Notes under the pieces: generated by a model
The model's input: only the letters and a program-made list of their open reading frames with translations
Databases searched by the model: none
What the model was told of the DNA's origin: nothing
Shown: piece after piece, positions 28,469 to 40,707 of the stretch
Layout of the letters: every line of letters begins with the position of its first letter
Numbering within the stretch: position 1 is the first letter of the stretch
IMG/VR virus record: IMGVR_UViG_3300031673_000026
Location: 4,007 to 68,006 of that record
Length of the DNA stretch: 64,000 bases
Source of the DNA: a virus
Strand: one strand, 5' to 3'
Position numbers and translations under genes: made by a program

Positions 28469-29335
28469 ATGGCAAATAGATTCATCGATACAAGTACATT
28501 TGACTCGCCGTCAATCCGGCGATTACCAACAAAATTTAAATTATTTTGGTTTTACCTCATATCCACGTGCGATCATGCCGGGATATGGTCCGTTGATTAT
28601 GAAATTGCCAGCATTCTTTGCGGTGGAAAAATAACAGAAAAAGACGCAAAGGAAAAAATGCATGGCAAATTCATTGAGATCGATAATGGGAAGCGTTGGT
28701 TTTTACCTGGATTTATTTTATTCCAGTACAAAACTTTCAGTTTAAAGCCCAGCATCGCCCCCCACTTATCAACAATAAATATCTTATCCCGTTATGGCTT
28801 ATGGGATGAGGATTCTCTAACTGTTAGGCAGGGGTTAGTTAACGGTTACCCTACCGTTACGGTAAGGGATAAGGATAAAGATAAAGATAAAGATAAAGAT
28901 AAAGATAAAGATAAGAACTATTCTCAAGAAGTAAAAGAAGTTGTAAGTTATTATTTTTCCACTCTGGATGCCGGGCAGCGGGAAAGATTCGAGAAAAATA
29001 GGGATAAATACCACGATGAAGCTGCAAAATTAATAAAAAATGGATTCACCGCCATTGCTATCAAGGCCGCCGTCCGGTTTGCCCGCGAGGATGTTTTCTG
29101 GAGGCCTAATTTCTTAAGCTTTTCTAAGCTAATGGCCAAAAATAAAGACGGGGTATTGTATATCGATGTTTTCCTGGAAAAGGCTAACTGTGAGACCAAG
29201 ACCCCAGGGACAAACAAAGTTACTCCAGGGCTAAGCCAAGCGGAAATCGACTATAATTACGGGCCGGAATACATCGAAGGGATGAACTACCAGCAATTCA
29301 AAATAATGAAGGAAAAGGAGGGGGGGGTAAAATAA
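28469..29335 (+). CDS. phage replication initiator protein
   Basis: N-terminal wHTH-like 'KLFWFYL..CDHAGIW', DK repeat linker, C-terminal 'D.FW..N.LS..KL'; upstream of DnaC-like gene. Confidence 0.75.
   Translation: MANRFIDTSTFDSPSIRRLPTKFKLFWFYLISTCDHAGIWSVDYEIASILCGGKITEKDAKEKMHGKFIEIDNGKRWFLPGFILFQYKTFSLKPSIAPHLSTINILSRYGLWDEDSLTVRQGLVNGYPTVTVRDKDKDKDKDKDKDKDKNYSQEVKEVVSYYFSTLDAGQRERFEKNRDKYHDEAAKLIKNGFTAIAIKAAVRFAREDVFWRPNFLSFSKLMAKNKDGVLYIDVFLEKANCETKTPGTNKVTPGLSQAEIDYNYGPEYIEGMNYQQFKIMKEKEGGVK
28868..28915 (+). repeat. (GATAAR)n hexamer tandem repeat encoding poly-DK
   Basis: Eight tandem GATAAG/GATAAA units. Confidence 0.9.
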
Positions 29336-30321
29336 TGGCAAAACTAAAAAAATGGCAAACCCAAAGGGCGCTATCGGCACTCCTCATGGATATAGAAAAA
29401 GATTTGCGGGAAGCGATCTGTGACTGCAATAAGTACCGGAACTATTGGGGGTCAATGTACCCGGAGGGCGATAAGGAAAAATATGACCAGGCAATGAATC
29501 ATCTACTGTACGAGGCGGAAACTATCGTCAGTCAAATAGAGAGAACGTTGGGTAAGGTATAGGGCGATGAAGGAAAAAGGAGAAAACAATGTGTCATGAA
29601 TGTGAAAACTGCGGCAACTGCGTCAGTAGGGATGGTGATACTTGTGGGGTGCTCGGAATTAAGATTGGGGCTAATAGGCGGGACTATGATAGTGGCTATG
29701 AACGTTACGAATACAGTGTTAAATGTAATCTGTATGAGCATGATGGCGGAATACGACCTTTAGTTTGCCCGGAAGCGTGGAAAAGCGCGCAAGGCTATAT
29801 TGACGAACTATTAGATGAGGTAATAGGCGAAATGGAAGGAGGAAGCCATGAAAGCAAGTGATGGGTCTAAATTAATCAAAAGAAGCATATTTATATGCGA
29901 AGATTGCTATGAGCTAAAAGGGGAAATGTGCTGTACCCCTGAATGCGTATTCTGCTGGCATCCGATGAGTGAAGCGGCAGAGATTCTTGATATACTAAAG
30001 ATTCGCCCGGTCGTTAATGATGAGAGATTAAGGCTATAGGAGTAAAATAATGGAATTAAAAGAAAAAAGAAGCCATATAGTTGCTATAGATCGCGGCAAC
30101 GGTAAGTATTCAGGACTAGAAAAGAGATATCACCCGATACTGTCTGGCCGTGATCGCTGGGTGGATGGGTATGGAGATAATAGAATGTGGGAAAGCCCGG
30201 ACATAGCAATTGATGAGATGAAGAAATTGTTAAGGTCCATATTGGTTGACGATACGCTGGCTAATAATAATTTCAGCGGTATCATAAAAGCAATAATAAG
30301 AAATATTGAAGGGGTCGTATA

Positions 30322-31014
30322 ATGCAAGCCGATAATAGCCCAACAACATGCCGCGACTGCGTGATTGAAGGTTGCTGGATAGTCAATGATGAAGGTATGG
30401 CGCGCCGCTGCGTGCTTTTCCTCGAAAAATTGGCAAAGCGAAAGATCGGGGATATGGTAGGTGCGGCGTCCAATTACGATGTAAAGATACCATCATTTTC
30501 TGATTTAGAGTACGACATTAACGATATACGGTCGATTGTCGAGGCTGTAAAAAGCTTCCCGGATAGCCAGGGCAACTTCCTTTTTCTCTCCTCCCCCAAT
30601 GGTACCGGAAAAACCCATCTTATGTTATCGCTCCTCTACCAGGTACTGGCGGCCGGAGAAACAGCCTACTATATCCGGGCGATAGCACTTAAGGAATTAT
30701 GGGTTAAGCAAGCCAGGGGGGGGCTGAGTCAAGAAGACAGCGCAGAGCTTTACGGGTTTATCAGCTCTCAATGGAAATTCATCGATGAGCTTGGCGGTGA
30801 AGATAACCCCAATCACTTCGAGGGAAAATTAACCGAGCTATTAGATCGCCGCTACGATAGGTTTGTAATGGCGTCTAACCTTGACCCGGAAAGAGGGGTG
30901 ACGAAATTTTCATACACAGATAATAGGTTATTGTCCAGGCTATCAGGGGCTACAGTTTTGCGGTGGCCTGGGGAGAGTTATCGGAAAATTAAAAAAAATG
31001 GAGGGTTGAAATGA
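30322..31014 (+). CDS. DnaC/IstB-like helicase loader ATPase
   Basis: SPNGTGKTHL Walker A, FIDELG Walker B, ASNL, RLLSRL. Confidence 0.85.
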   Translation: MQADNSPTTCRDCVIEGCWIVNDEGMARRCVLFLEKLAKRKIGDMVGAASNYDVKIPSFSDLEYDINDIRSIVEAVKSFPDSQGNFLFLSSPNGTGKTHLMLSLLYQVLAAGETAYYIRAIALKELWVKQARGGLSQEDSAELYGFISSQWKFIDELGGEDNPNHFEGKLTELLDRRYDRFVMASNLDPERGVTKFSYTDNRLLSRLSGATVLRWPGESYRKIKKNGGLK

Positions 31015-31961
31015 AACCTATAAAGCGCGGACAAGTAGTAACCGTAAAAAGTATATGTGAAGACACGTACCGTTACGCACTTGAATGCTATAGCGTCGCC
31101 AGGCAATTTGAATATATTACGGATGATATGTACCGGTTGTCTGATGGGATTTATGGCAATAATGGAATCGTCGTAAATGTTGCACCTGGTAGATTCGAGG
31201 TAATGTTAGAAAAGAAAACTTCCGATTTGAAAGATGATTTTAGGAAGCTTCGGATAGACGGAAGGTTGACAATATTTCAGCGTGGCGGTCACTGGTGGAC
31301 GGGTGATCAATTTGAGTTACTGGAGGACTAAGATGAAATACGTGTATGATTATTTTGTTGGTAGCGTTGCCGAATTGGGCAGTATGATAACCGAAGGTGC
31401 GAAAGGCGGATGGGAGCCCGACGGGCCAATGGTTGCCTATAGATGGAAAAAACGCGAGTATGATGTCCAGGTAATTAATTTCGTGCAGAGAATAAGGATG
31501 GAAGCTATGGCAGACCCATTTCCGGGTGGCAGTGGTAAGGAGGAATAAGATGGGTGACCAGAAAGATTATACAGCAATTAACGAAGGGAATTACTACACG
31601 GTGGGCGAAGACCGAAACCCCCGAACAAATAAAAGGTACGAGTGCGAAAAATGTGGACACGATACGATAAGGCGCGGGCTAAAGACATGCCCGGAATGCG
31701 GAAGAAAGATTATATGGGTCCGCAAGGAGAACTAAAATGAGCGAAGCTTTTTCGGTAAGAATTAAGCATAACGGCAAGTGGTCAAGTTGGTCCACGCCGG
31801 AAGTGGAAGAGGTAGAGTTTGTGTCTGGAGGATTGGGTGTGCTGAATATTAAGCTCGGCCAGAACGGAGAACAAAAATGTTTCGATGTAACGATGGCTGA
31901 AGGCGAGATGTTAATCGAAGCCGCCTATGATAGTAAAATAAAAATATCGTGAGGAGGAAAT

Positions 31962-32456
31962 ATGATTAGAGAAATCAAAAATTTCGACTTGACCGCCGAA
32001 CTCGTTATTAACGGATTTATCGATACGGACCCGGTTGACCGTAACATTGTTATGTCAATTCATCCGAAATACGCGGATGCTATTTTATCCGGCAGGAAGA
32101 AAGTGGAATTAAGAAGGGTTTTTCTGGCAACCGGGGTGAAACATGCATATATCTATGCGACGGAACCGGTTGGATTGGTTATTGGCAAATTTACAATAGT
32201 GAATGCGGTATCATATATACCGGAGACATATGGTATGCTATGGCATTACTGCCGTATGGGAATCGCGATAGAAAAAACGGAATATGATCTGTATGTAAGC
32301 GGAGCGAACATGATAAGGGCTATCAGTATTGCAAGCCCCATCCGCTGCACACCGTTCCCGATTGGAAGATTCCTTGGAGCTGACGGAAAGCCGATAAGGA
32401 CGCCGCCGAAAAATTACCGGTATGTTACCGGGTATAGGAGGACTGATAATGTATAA
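31962..32456 (+). CDS. ASCH domain protein
   Basis: MSIHPKYADAILSGRKKVELRR, YIYATEPV. Confidence 0.85.
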   Translation: MIREIKNFDLTAELVINGFIDTDPVDRNIVMSIHPKYADAILSGRKKVELRRVFLATGVKHAYIYATEPVGLVIGKFTIVNAVSYIPETYGMLWHYCRMGIAIEKTEYDLYVSGANMIRAISIASPIRCTPFPIGRFLGADGKPIRTPPKNYRYVTGYRRTDNV

Positions 32457-32850
32457 GCCAAGACAGGGATGCAAGAGGTTGTATCGGTATTGGGATACCG
32501 ATGCAAACGAAATGTATTATAAGGGTGATTTTGATGGAAGCATTGGTAGACTTATATGCGCGGCGGAAACATTTCCGAAATCAATTACCCTGATGGAGGG
32601 TGTTGAGGTAAGCGGGCGCAACGTCTATTGTGGAGACATACTGGTCGACTGCAACCAGGGCGGGATATACGTTTGCGAACAAAATGAGTTCGGGGAATTG
32701 TCGCTCGGACTATGCCTGCCGGTTGGCTTACAATATATTATGACCAGCACACTAATTAGCAAGTTTTGTTTTACCAGCGTTTATATCGCCGGCAATATTT
32801 ATCAGAACCCGGAGCTTTTGGAAACAGGAGGTGAAAAATGTACAAGCTAA
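32449..32850 (+). CDS. YopX family protein
   Basis: YR.WD, Y.GDI, GNIYQNPELL. Confidence 0.75.
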   Translation: MYKPRQGCKRLYRYWDTDANEMYYKGDFDGSIGRLICAAETFPKSITLMEGVEVSGRNVYCGDILVDCNQGGIYVCEQNEFGELSLGLCLPVGLQYIMTSTLISKFCFTSVYIAGNIYQNPELLETGGEKCTS

Positions 32851-33236
32851 AGAAAGGGTGCAAGAGGTTGTACCGTTGCTATGACACCGAGATAGAAAGC
32901 ATGCAGTATACTCACGATTATTATAGTGCTGGCGTAATGATGGATAACTGTGAATTCTATGACCATATATTCCTAATGGAGGGCATCGAAATTGGCAAGC
33001 TCAAGTTATATGAGGGCGATATTTTTAGGAACATCCCGGGCAGTGGAGACGCAAAAGCATATGATTATTCATTGTGGGTGTTAAGTCAAGATAAATTTGG
33101 AAGGTTCACCTTTAGCCCGATTAGAGAGGATTGTGCTCAGTTGGGGTATTTCAATTTGACCGATTTTAAGAAATTCAAAAAAGTCGGCAATGTTTTCGAG
33201 AATCCCGAACTGCTGCAAGGTGGGGGCAAATCATGA
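32838..33236 (+). CDS. YopX family protein (tandem paralogue)
   Basis: LYEGDI, GNVFENPELL; shared GCKRLYR start. Confidence 0.75.
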   Translation: MYKLKKGCKRLYRCYDTEIESMQYTHDYYSAGVMMDNCEFYDHIFLMEGIEIGKLKLYEGDIFRNIPGSGDAKAYDYSLWVLSQDKFGRFTFSPIREDCAQLGYFNLTDFKKFKKVGNVFENPELLQGGGKS

Positions 33237-34643
33237 AATGCAAGAACTGTGGAGGCACGGAGATTGTCGAGAGGCTTGACATTAATGGTTACCAATGCCT
33301 TACATGTGGTAGAGCCTGGCAGGTAATATTCCCAACGTTTGACGCGGCCCGGGGCGATAGCGAGCACTTTTGCCCGGAGTGCCAGAAAGACATAGAAATG
33401 GTGTCAACCCCTGCGGGCTGGGAATGCACGGGGTGCTATCGGCTATGGGAAGACGGGAAATTTTAAAGAAAAGGAGGAAATATGATTTATGAATACAACG
33501 GATGCACGGTTGTGTATAATTCCACTGAAAGGGAGGATGTCAGGGCGTTGCAGTCAATGACCTATCTCTTGAAAGGAATACTGGAGGTAACAAAAGATGA
33601 AAGAATTGACAAAATTACAGCAAGAAATAATTGAGACCGTAAGGGCTGCCGGGAGCATTAGAAAGCGGGAGCTAACGGTGGGCGGACAATGCGTTGACCG
33701 GTTCCTCATGTCACTTAGCCGGTTGGTAAGGGCCGGCCACATCGAGGAGGTGAACACTTACGAAGGTGTGGTCTTGACAATTGGAGATGGAAAATGAAAA
33801 GAACATTAAATGTTGAAGTCGAGCGATATCCGCCGGGGCTAAGGGGTATCGTAGAAGCTATGGGCGACATGAATGCATATAAGGCGATTTACGTGTTGGT
33901 CTATGCCTTTTTAGGAATCCCATTCCTTTCTGTTATATCCGTTGCATGCGACAGGGAAATATATGTGATAGTCGCTTCCTGGTATCAGGGCGGGTCCTTA
34001 TGTTTCGCCTATTATTGTTGGCAGGCGATAAGGTATTTTCACCGGGCTGGAGCGGAAAAATGAAAAAAGGCAATAATCCAGAGCAAATTCTAAGATATAT
34101 GGCGCTTAAGGAAGTATGTATCGTAATCAACGCAAGTGATGTTGAAGAAGAAATGACCACGAAAGATTTTCTTAGCGACATTGAGGATCATTGCTATGAG
34201 TCCGATCTGCTGGCGCCATCCCTGGATCATGTGGAGTGCGTTGAATTATTCGACAATGATGGCAATTGGCTGGAGAATCTTAAGTGTTGTCCTAATTGTG
34301 GGGCGCAAAGTCTGCACGTTTCCCTGTCATACCTTAGTATCGCAAGGGGGTCAGTCGCAGTGGAGATAGAGTGTCCTAATGGTAGTTGTCGAAAGAAATG
34401 GAAGGCAGAGCTCTTACCAGGTGAATTCGAGGTGGTGAAATGAGATACACAAATTACATTACAGAGATACGTGGAAGCTCTAATTGTGTTTGCGGGCGAA
34501 GTTATTTCGAGGTGCGAGTCGAACTTACTGGCACCCGCAAAAAACACTTAGGTGTGGACGGGGTTGAATTGTCCGTAAGGTGCCCCGGCTGCAATAGGGA
34601 ACGGAGAGCTATAATCGAGATTGGAAAAATATAAGGTGACAAA

Positions 34644-35234
34644 ATGAAATATAGCAGGAAGGATTACAAAAAACTGGCAAAAAAACCAAAGCCACCAAAG
34701 CACCGAAACGTGAAGGTTCATGCGTGCCCGGTGTGCTGGACGGAGTTAACGCCGGACAGTATGAGGTGCCGTTACGGGCATAGATTTGTTGGAAAAGAAA
34801 TAAAGATTTTTGATTCCAGGGCCGAGCATGCTTACGGGCTTACACTTAAGAATCTAAGGAGGATTTCCGGCCTACAGCATCACAAAAAGTGGGTGGTTAG
34901 GCCGGCGGAATACCTTAACATGCATCCGCCGATTACATTGGGCTCGCTTACGTTTCGTTCGGCCAGCTATATTACCAAGCAGAAACACAAAAAGATAGCC
35001 CCGGCGCAAACCTACGAGGCTGACTATAGTTATCGCGATGCAACGGGCCGTGAAGTAGTAATTGACGTTAAGGGCCTTGATAGAAAGACCGGGATGCCGC
35101 GGCTAATAGGCACTGGATTTAAGAAGAAATGCAGGCGGATGAAATTGATCTATAGTATAGATGTCCAGGTCTACGCCGGTGGCATGCTGTGGCAATGGGA
35201 TGAGAAGTTTAGGAAATTGGAGGTGAAAAAGTGA
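34644..35234 (+). CDS. DUF1064-like PD-(D/E)XK endonuclease
   Basis: FDSRAE, YEADY, VVIDVKG. Confidence 0.75.
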   Translation: MKYSRKDYKKLAKKPKPPKHRNVKVHACPVCWTELTPDSMRCRYGHRFVGKEIKIFDSRAEHAYGLTLKNLRRISGLQHHKKWVVRPAEYLNMHPPITLGSLTFRSASYITKQKHKKIAPAQTYEADYSYRDATGREVVIDVKGLDRKTGMPRLIGTGFKKKCRRMKLIYSIDVQVYAGGMLWQWDEKFRKLEVKK

Positions 35235-36240
35235 AAGGTATATCAAGAGATGTCATGGCAGAAATCGAGATATCCGAAAATGAGGAATACTGTGGAGCGG
35301 GATGCGGGTTCCTGCGTAATATAGTCGGCGGTCCGGCCTGGGAGTGCGTGTTGTATAACAGGATACTCACTGTTAGCTGCATAAGGGGCCATAAGATCGA
35401 CAGGTGTTTGGCGTGCGTGGTTAATTTCGAGGGGGCAGCAAAATGAAAGTGCTAAGACGCATCGAGCCGCTGGAAGTCCAGGTAAGCGATTGTGGAAAAT
35501 ATTGCAACACTGCCTGCGGAGACTTTCTGTTCATCAAAGAGAAGTTCAATAAGTGTGGGCTCTACGATTGGAAACTCGACGTGAATTACACGAAAGGAAA
35601 AAGGAATTATAGGTGCCGTCCATGCATAGAGGATTTCGGTATGCCCTCTCAGGAGAAAAGCAGGCAGGAAGGGAGAGATGTGATTAGGGTTATTGCTGAA
35701 ATTATCACCTTTATGCTGGATTGCTATGATGACACCACTGATCGGGCGGTAAATGAGCGATTCAAAGAAATGATAAGAATTGCAAAAGAGCACGGCATTG
35801 AAGGGTGCATCGAGATTACTGAGACCATAAGGGAGATTGAAGGCTGTGGCCTTGAAATTCCAGCCGTCAATGAGTACGTAGAAGAAAACATGAAGGCGGC
35901 AATGGAAGGTTTTAAGAAACTGGGGACATATTTAGACAGGTCGCTATTTCCACTTTATGTCATGGGAACATGGGGAAAAGATTCGGAGGCAAAAAATGAA
36001 AGACGGACTAAATGAGTGGAACCACGTCGCTGGCGGCGCCCCTGATTATGAGGCGATGTTGGCTGACGGCGAACACTGGATGGAGCGTGGCAAATGTATA
36101 GGCTGCGGCGGCATGGCATGGCTCGACTGGAGAGGGATTTGTTACAATTGTGACCCAGGCCCCTGCAAGTGCGGAAACATGCTGGAATTAGGGCAAGAAA
36201 AGTGCTTCGAGTGTAGAAATTAAAAATAAAGGAGGAAAAT

Positions 36241-37071
36241 ATGAGTGGACTAACAAGAAGTAGAATATTCCAGGGCGACGGCAAAATAAACGAGGTAAAG
36301 GTGTACCAGTGGTCACCCGTGAAGGGGTGCGACTTCTTTCATAAGGAGTGCCCGGTAAACGATTGTTGGGCAGCCAAAGCCGCCCGATTACATGCGAAGC
36401 CATGGGCGGAATCCGAAAATCTTTACCGCGTAAACAAACTGGTAATGCCGGAAAGTAAGGATGCCTATGAAAATTTCAGAAGCTTCACCCCCCAGTTCCT
36501 TGAAAGTATGTTTGATAAAGATTTCCCGTCCGGGTCAATTATCCTGGTTGGTTGGCAATCGGATTTCGCCTGCTGGAAACCGGAATGGAAAAAGAGGGTG
36601 ATCCAAAGAATTAAAGATGATAATATAGATGCAGCTATGCCCGGGGAAAAGCAAAACGTTTTCCTTTTCCTCTCTAAGTTCCCCGGGAAAGCTTACGATA
36701 TTGATATGCCGTCGAATTGCTGGAAGGGGTGGACGATTACCAGCCCTACCGATTATTGGTCAAATTTAGACCATAATTACTATAAGGGCGGTAATAAAAC
36801 CTTCATGTTTTTAGAGCCATTGATAAAAAATTTCTTTTTTGAATGTAGGGGTAAATTAACAGATTGGGTAATTGTTGGAGGGGAAACTGGCAACAATGCG
36901 AGACCGCTAAAACCGGAAGGGATAGAAAGGATTGTCCATAATGCAAAGTCGCAAGGAATACCCTTATGGTTCAAGGGTTGGGGAAAACGTTTACCGGCCG
37001 GTCAAGACTTTTCCGGCGACACTATTGACGGTAAGATTTACCACGAAACCCCGGATTGGTGGAAAAAATGA
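36241..37071 (+). CDS. DUF5131 (Gp37/Gp68-like) radical-SAM-related protein
   Basis: WSPVKGC..C..CWA, FLSK, EPL, DWVIVGGETG..ARP, P.WFKGWG. Confidence 0.8.
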   Translation: MSGLTRSRIFQGDGKINEVKVYQWSPVKGCDFFHKECPVNDCWAAKAARLHAKPWAESENLYRVNKLVMPESKDAYENFRSFTPQFLESMFDKDFPSGSIILVGWQSDFACWKPEWKKRVIQRIKDDNIDAAMPGEKQNVFLFLSKFPGKAYDIDMPSNCWKGWTITSPTDYWSNLDHNYYKGGNKTFMFLEPLIKNFFFECRGKLTDWVIVGGETGNNARPLKPEGIERIVHNAKSQGIPLWFKGWGKRLPAGQDFSGDTIDGKIYHETPDWWKK

Positions 37072-37671
37072 ACCACATCAAATTGCTGAAAAATAACGAC
37101 AAGCGTAACCTGGACGATGTCGAGTGGATTGGGGGGCTTGTAGAATTTTTGCTCGGAAATTGCCCGGATTCAATTCACCTCCCCAGGGGGCATCAGCCGA
37201 AAATGTCACTGAAAAAAGCAGAGGCAATCGTGTGGTATCTCCAGGAGCATTTCCCGGTATTGCCGGATAATATCGAATTTTGCCACAACTGTGGCGACCC
37301 GTACGACAGTTATGGAGACGGCCTGTATTGGGAGACCAAGGGAAGGCATTACTGTGGTTCTTGTATGTACCTGGTCCCTGAGAACTATGATCGCGGAAAA
37401 AGATAGAAGGAGAAAACATGTTAAGGATTACAAAAAACACGTTCCCGGTATACCCGGGCGTTGCACATGGCGAGCCAGGAGACCTTGTCCAATGGGAACA
37501 GGTTCGGGCAAACGATAGGGGCCTGGTAAGAAAAAAAGACGGCAGGTCCGTCTGGGGGCAATCAAGAAAAAGCCAACACGTAGACTTTCCGCCTGGAGTT
37601 GGGGTAATCGCGGAAAATAAAAAGCGCGGCTGGATAATGATATTAGAAAATGCTGGAAATGGAGAAGAAAA

Positions 37672-38445
37672 ATGAGACTGTCAAAAGAAAAAAAAGAGTT
37701 ATTAAGGGAAATGGTTTATCATGGAAAGCGACTGTACAATGATAATCGCTGGTGGTGGATAGCTGATGAATTCAGTAAGGAAGGCGAATTCGATAGGGAA
37801 AAGGACAAATTATACGTCACCATTAAGATGGCAAGGTACTTGTTGGAAAACAGCCTTGTCGAGTACGTGCATTACGCGGAAAACTATAAGGTCACGATGT
37901 ACGGGATAGAAGCTGTAGCAAACAAGAAGCTCGTTGCCCGGGCGGAACGGCTGCTAAAGAAAAAAAGTGAATCATTTCACCCGAAACGCCGCGTTTATTA
38001 TCTTGTGTACGAAGATGAAGATGGCAGTGAAGTCGAAGAAGTGGAGCCGATAGAAGGGAGCGAGTTTTGCGAAGATTGCATTGATAAGGCCGAAGAGAAA
38101 TACAAAGCAGAATATGCAAAAGAAAGCATAGTGCCGGATGATACAGATGCGTGTGATATCGACTACAGGCGGGATGACGGCGAAAGCGATAGATTCATTT
38201 ACTGCGCAGACTGCGGAAAGCTAATAATGCACCCCTTGCTGTTGAGCGACGATGAAATAAAATACTGGCTAAACGAAAGGGGTAAGGGGCCGGACGGGGA
38301 ACTTTTGCCACAAACGAAATATGACAGCCAGGACGCCTATATGCTTACCGAGATGCTGTATGATCACCCATGCGAAGAGTATACCCCGCTGTTAGAGGAG
38401 TTGGCCGCGAAAATAATCGAAGTAGAAAAAGGAAGTGGGAAATGA
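37672..38445 (+). CDS. hypothetical protein with CxxC pairs
   Basis: 257-aa ORF; CEDC and CADC. Confidence 0.55.
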   Translation: MRLSKEKKELLREMVYHGKRLYNDNRWWWIADEFSKEGEFDREKDKLYVTIKMARYLLENSLVEYVHYAENYKVTMYGIEAVANKKLVARAERLLKKKSESFHPKRRVYYLVYEDEDGSEVEEVEPIEGSEFCEDCIDKAEEKYKAEYAKESIVPDDTDACDIDYRRDDGESDRFIYCADCGKLIMHPLLLSDDEIKYWLNERGKGPDGELLPQTKYDSQDAYMLTEMLYDHPCEEYTPLLEELAAKIIEVEKGSGK

Positions 38446-39826
38446 TAGATAAGGAGTGCCCGAAGTGCAAATGGGAAAACATGGAATATATTGTAGTCGC
38501 AAACAATAAGGTGCTGCGCCGCTGCCGATGGTGCGGAACCATACAGTACTACGGCTCAGATTACAGTGAGGCCGGCAGGCTACCTCATTGCCACATATGG
38601 AAAGAATTCACAACTCCTCCTCCGGCACTTTCCACAATTCTGATCGTCTATCCGAATAACAGGGTAATTCTGGCGGCGAAAATTCATCCTGGCGCGACAT
38701 GGGAACCTGAAATAAGGGCCGGGGTCAAGTGGCGGGAGGTTGCGTTTTTGCCGGAGTGGTGAAAGGAGGAAATTTAAATGAATCTAAAAAAAATAGAGTG
38801 GGTTGCAGATGAGGAGGGAGCGGACGGATATATCGGGCCCCGTGAGCCTTGGAAGCACTTAAGGGTATGCCAAATCGTAAAAGAATACGGATGTTATAGC
38901 ATAGTGCAGAAAATTACCTATTTGACTGAAAGGAAGGTCAAGGGGATATGCTTTAGTGAATTGGAAAATGCCAAAGAGCATTTTGAAAAAACGGTAATGA
39001 AGGATATCTTTGATATGTTTTTTGAGGAGTAGGAAAAGGAGGGTTAAATGTGGATTCGTAAAATTTTTGAATGGGTAGTTTTGTTGTTTTGTGGAAACAC
39101 CTACCGAAAAGATTGGAGGTACAAAACATGTGAAAGCTGTAATTTCAGGATGGGTGATTGCTGTCACTACGGACCGCCTGCGATGGTGGCGTACGGCGGG
39201 GAAGTGGCATGGCCAGTATATCCGAAAGCAAACTTTAATAACGTCAATGGTTTTTTGGTTTATGTGAGCTCCTGCTCAAAGTGGAAGGAAAGAAAGTGAA
39301 ATGCCCGTATTGTGATTCCGTACATGCTTATGCCTACATTATAGGTCAAGGACAGGAGTGCATTCTTTATCGATGCCCAATATGCTTGGAAGTTTTTAGG
39401 TGGGTGGAAAGGAAGGAGAAAAAATGAAATGCCCAACGTGCGAAAGTGAAAGGATTAACTTAAGGGTTGTTTGTGGGGCGATTAATCAACAGGCTTGCAA
39501 GATGTGTGGCACCATGTATACCATAAGGGAGGGGGAGGTAATCGATAGCGATATCCCCGATTATATGAGATGGCGGAATGCAGAGAGAGAGCCTTCCGTA
39601 TCGGAAACGGAAATAATCGCAACTTCAAAACTTGCTGGGTCCGGGGAATATTGCACGGATATAGCGTGGTACAACGTGCATTCTAGTAATTTCGAGCGAG
39701 ATACCTATGTGGGTGTGGCAATCGAATGGTGGCGGCCGTTAGGACCGATGCCGGAGAAAGGAGAAGAAAGTGGCAAGAAAAACGAATATTGTTGACAAAA
39801 GCGAAAAATTGTTCTAACATTACTAT

Positions 39827-40078
39827 ATGGAAGAAGAAATAACAGCACGCGACGGCACCAAGATAATCCCTGAAAGAGTTTATTATAAGCATGAGATAGC
39901 CGATATGTTTTGCGTCGGCAAGAGAACAGTCGAGCTGTGGATACGTGGCGCCGGACTTAGAGACTGGGATAACGGTGTACAGCGATATCTGAAGACTACC
40001 TGGTTGGGCGGGAGTGTGGCCGTCAGGGGTAGGGATATAATAAATTTCGCAAGGGCAACGACGCGGAGAGAGCAATGA
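39827..40078 (+). CDS. HTH DNA-binding protein (excisionase/MerR-like), apparently leaderless
   Basis: YYKHEIADMFCVGKRTVELWIR; promoter TTGACA-17-TAACAT ending 6 nt upstream. Confidence 0.7.
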   Translation: MEEEITARDGTKIIPERVYYKHEIADMFCVGKRTVELWIRGAGLRDWDNGVQRYLKTTWLGGSVAVRGRDIINFARATTRREQ

Positions 40079-40707
40079 TAATTACAAATAGAGTTAACGG
40101 CCTGGAGCTTGTATACTGGAAAAAGCTAACCTGGCTCCAGATTAAAGGGGCTGAAGGCGGGGATACGGGACTCAAGGAGCTATATGAAAGGGAAGCAAAG
40201 CAATTAATGAAGTCCCTTGGTAAGCACAGCTTCGTGGACCCGTTCAAGGTTTGGAAGGACCCGAAAGGCAAAATGTGGATACTTGACGGACACCATAGGC
40301 AGGCCATATTGGAAGAGGTATTGAAGCAAAACGGAACCGTACCGGACCTATTGCCCGCGGTATTTATCGATTGCCGGGACAGAAAGGAAGCCGGGGAATT
40401 GGTGTTGACGTTCACGGCGATTTATGCGAAGCCCACCGGGCAGGGTGTTACCAGGCATATGGAGGAGTTCGGATTGGAGCTAAGTGATATCGACGACCTG
40501 TCATTGCCGGGAATAAATTTTGATGATTTCAAGAGTGAGTTTTTTGATGAGACGGGATTGCTGGGGGGGGCACCATCAGGTATCGACCAAAACAAGTTAA
40601 AAACAGAATTTGAAATTGTGGTGGAATGCCGGGATGAAGAAGAACAAGAAAGTATTTACAATAAATTGAAAGGGGACGGATATACATGCCGAATTTTAAC
40701 ATTGTAA
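40075..40707 (+). CDS. ParB/Srx-like N-terminal domain protein
   Basis: SL..HSF..P..VW, ILDGHHR; C-terminal VEC.DEEEQ. Confidence 0.8.
   Translation: MIITNRVNGLELVYWKKLTWLQIKGAEGGDTGLKELYEREAKQLMKSLGKHSFVDPFKVWKDPKGKMWILDGHHRQAILEEVLKQNGTVPDLLPAVFIDCRDRKEAGELVLTFTAIYAKPTGQGVTRHMEEFGLELSDIDDLSLPGINFDDFKSEFFDETGLLGGAPSGIDQNKLKTEFEIVVECRDEEEQESIYNKLKGDGYTCRILTL

Noticed and set aside
28868-28915. GATAAA repeat as origin iterons or a phase-variation tract
   Set aside because: In-frame hexamer encoding a DK linker common in phage initiators; origin role unsupported.
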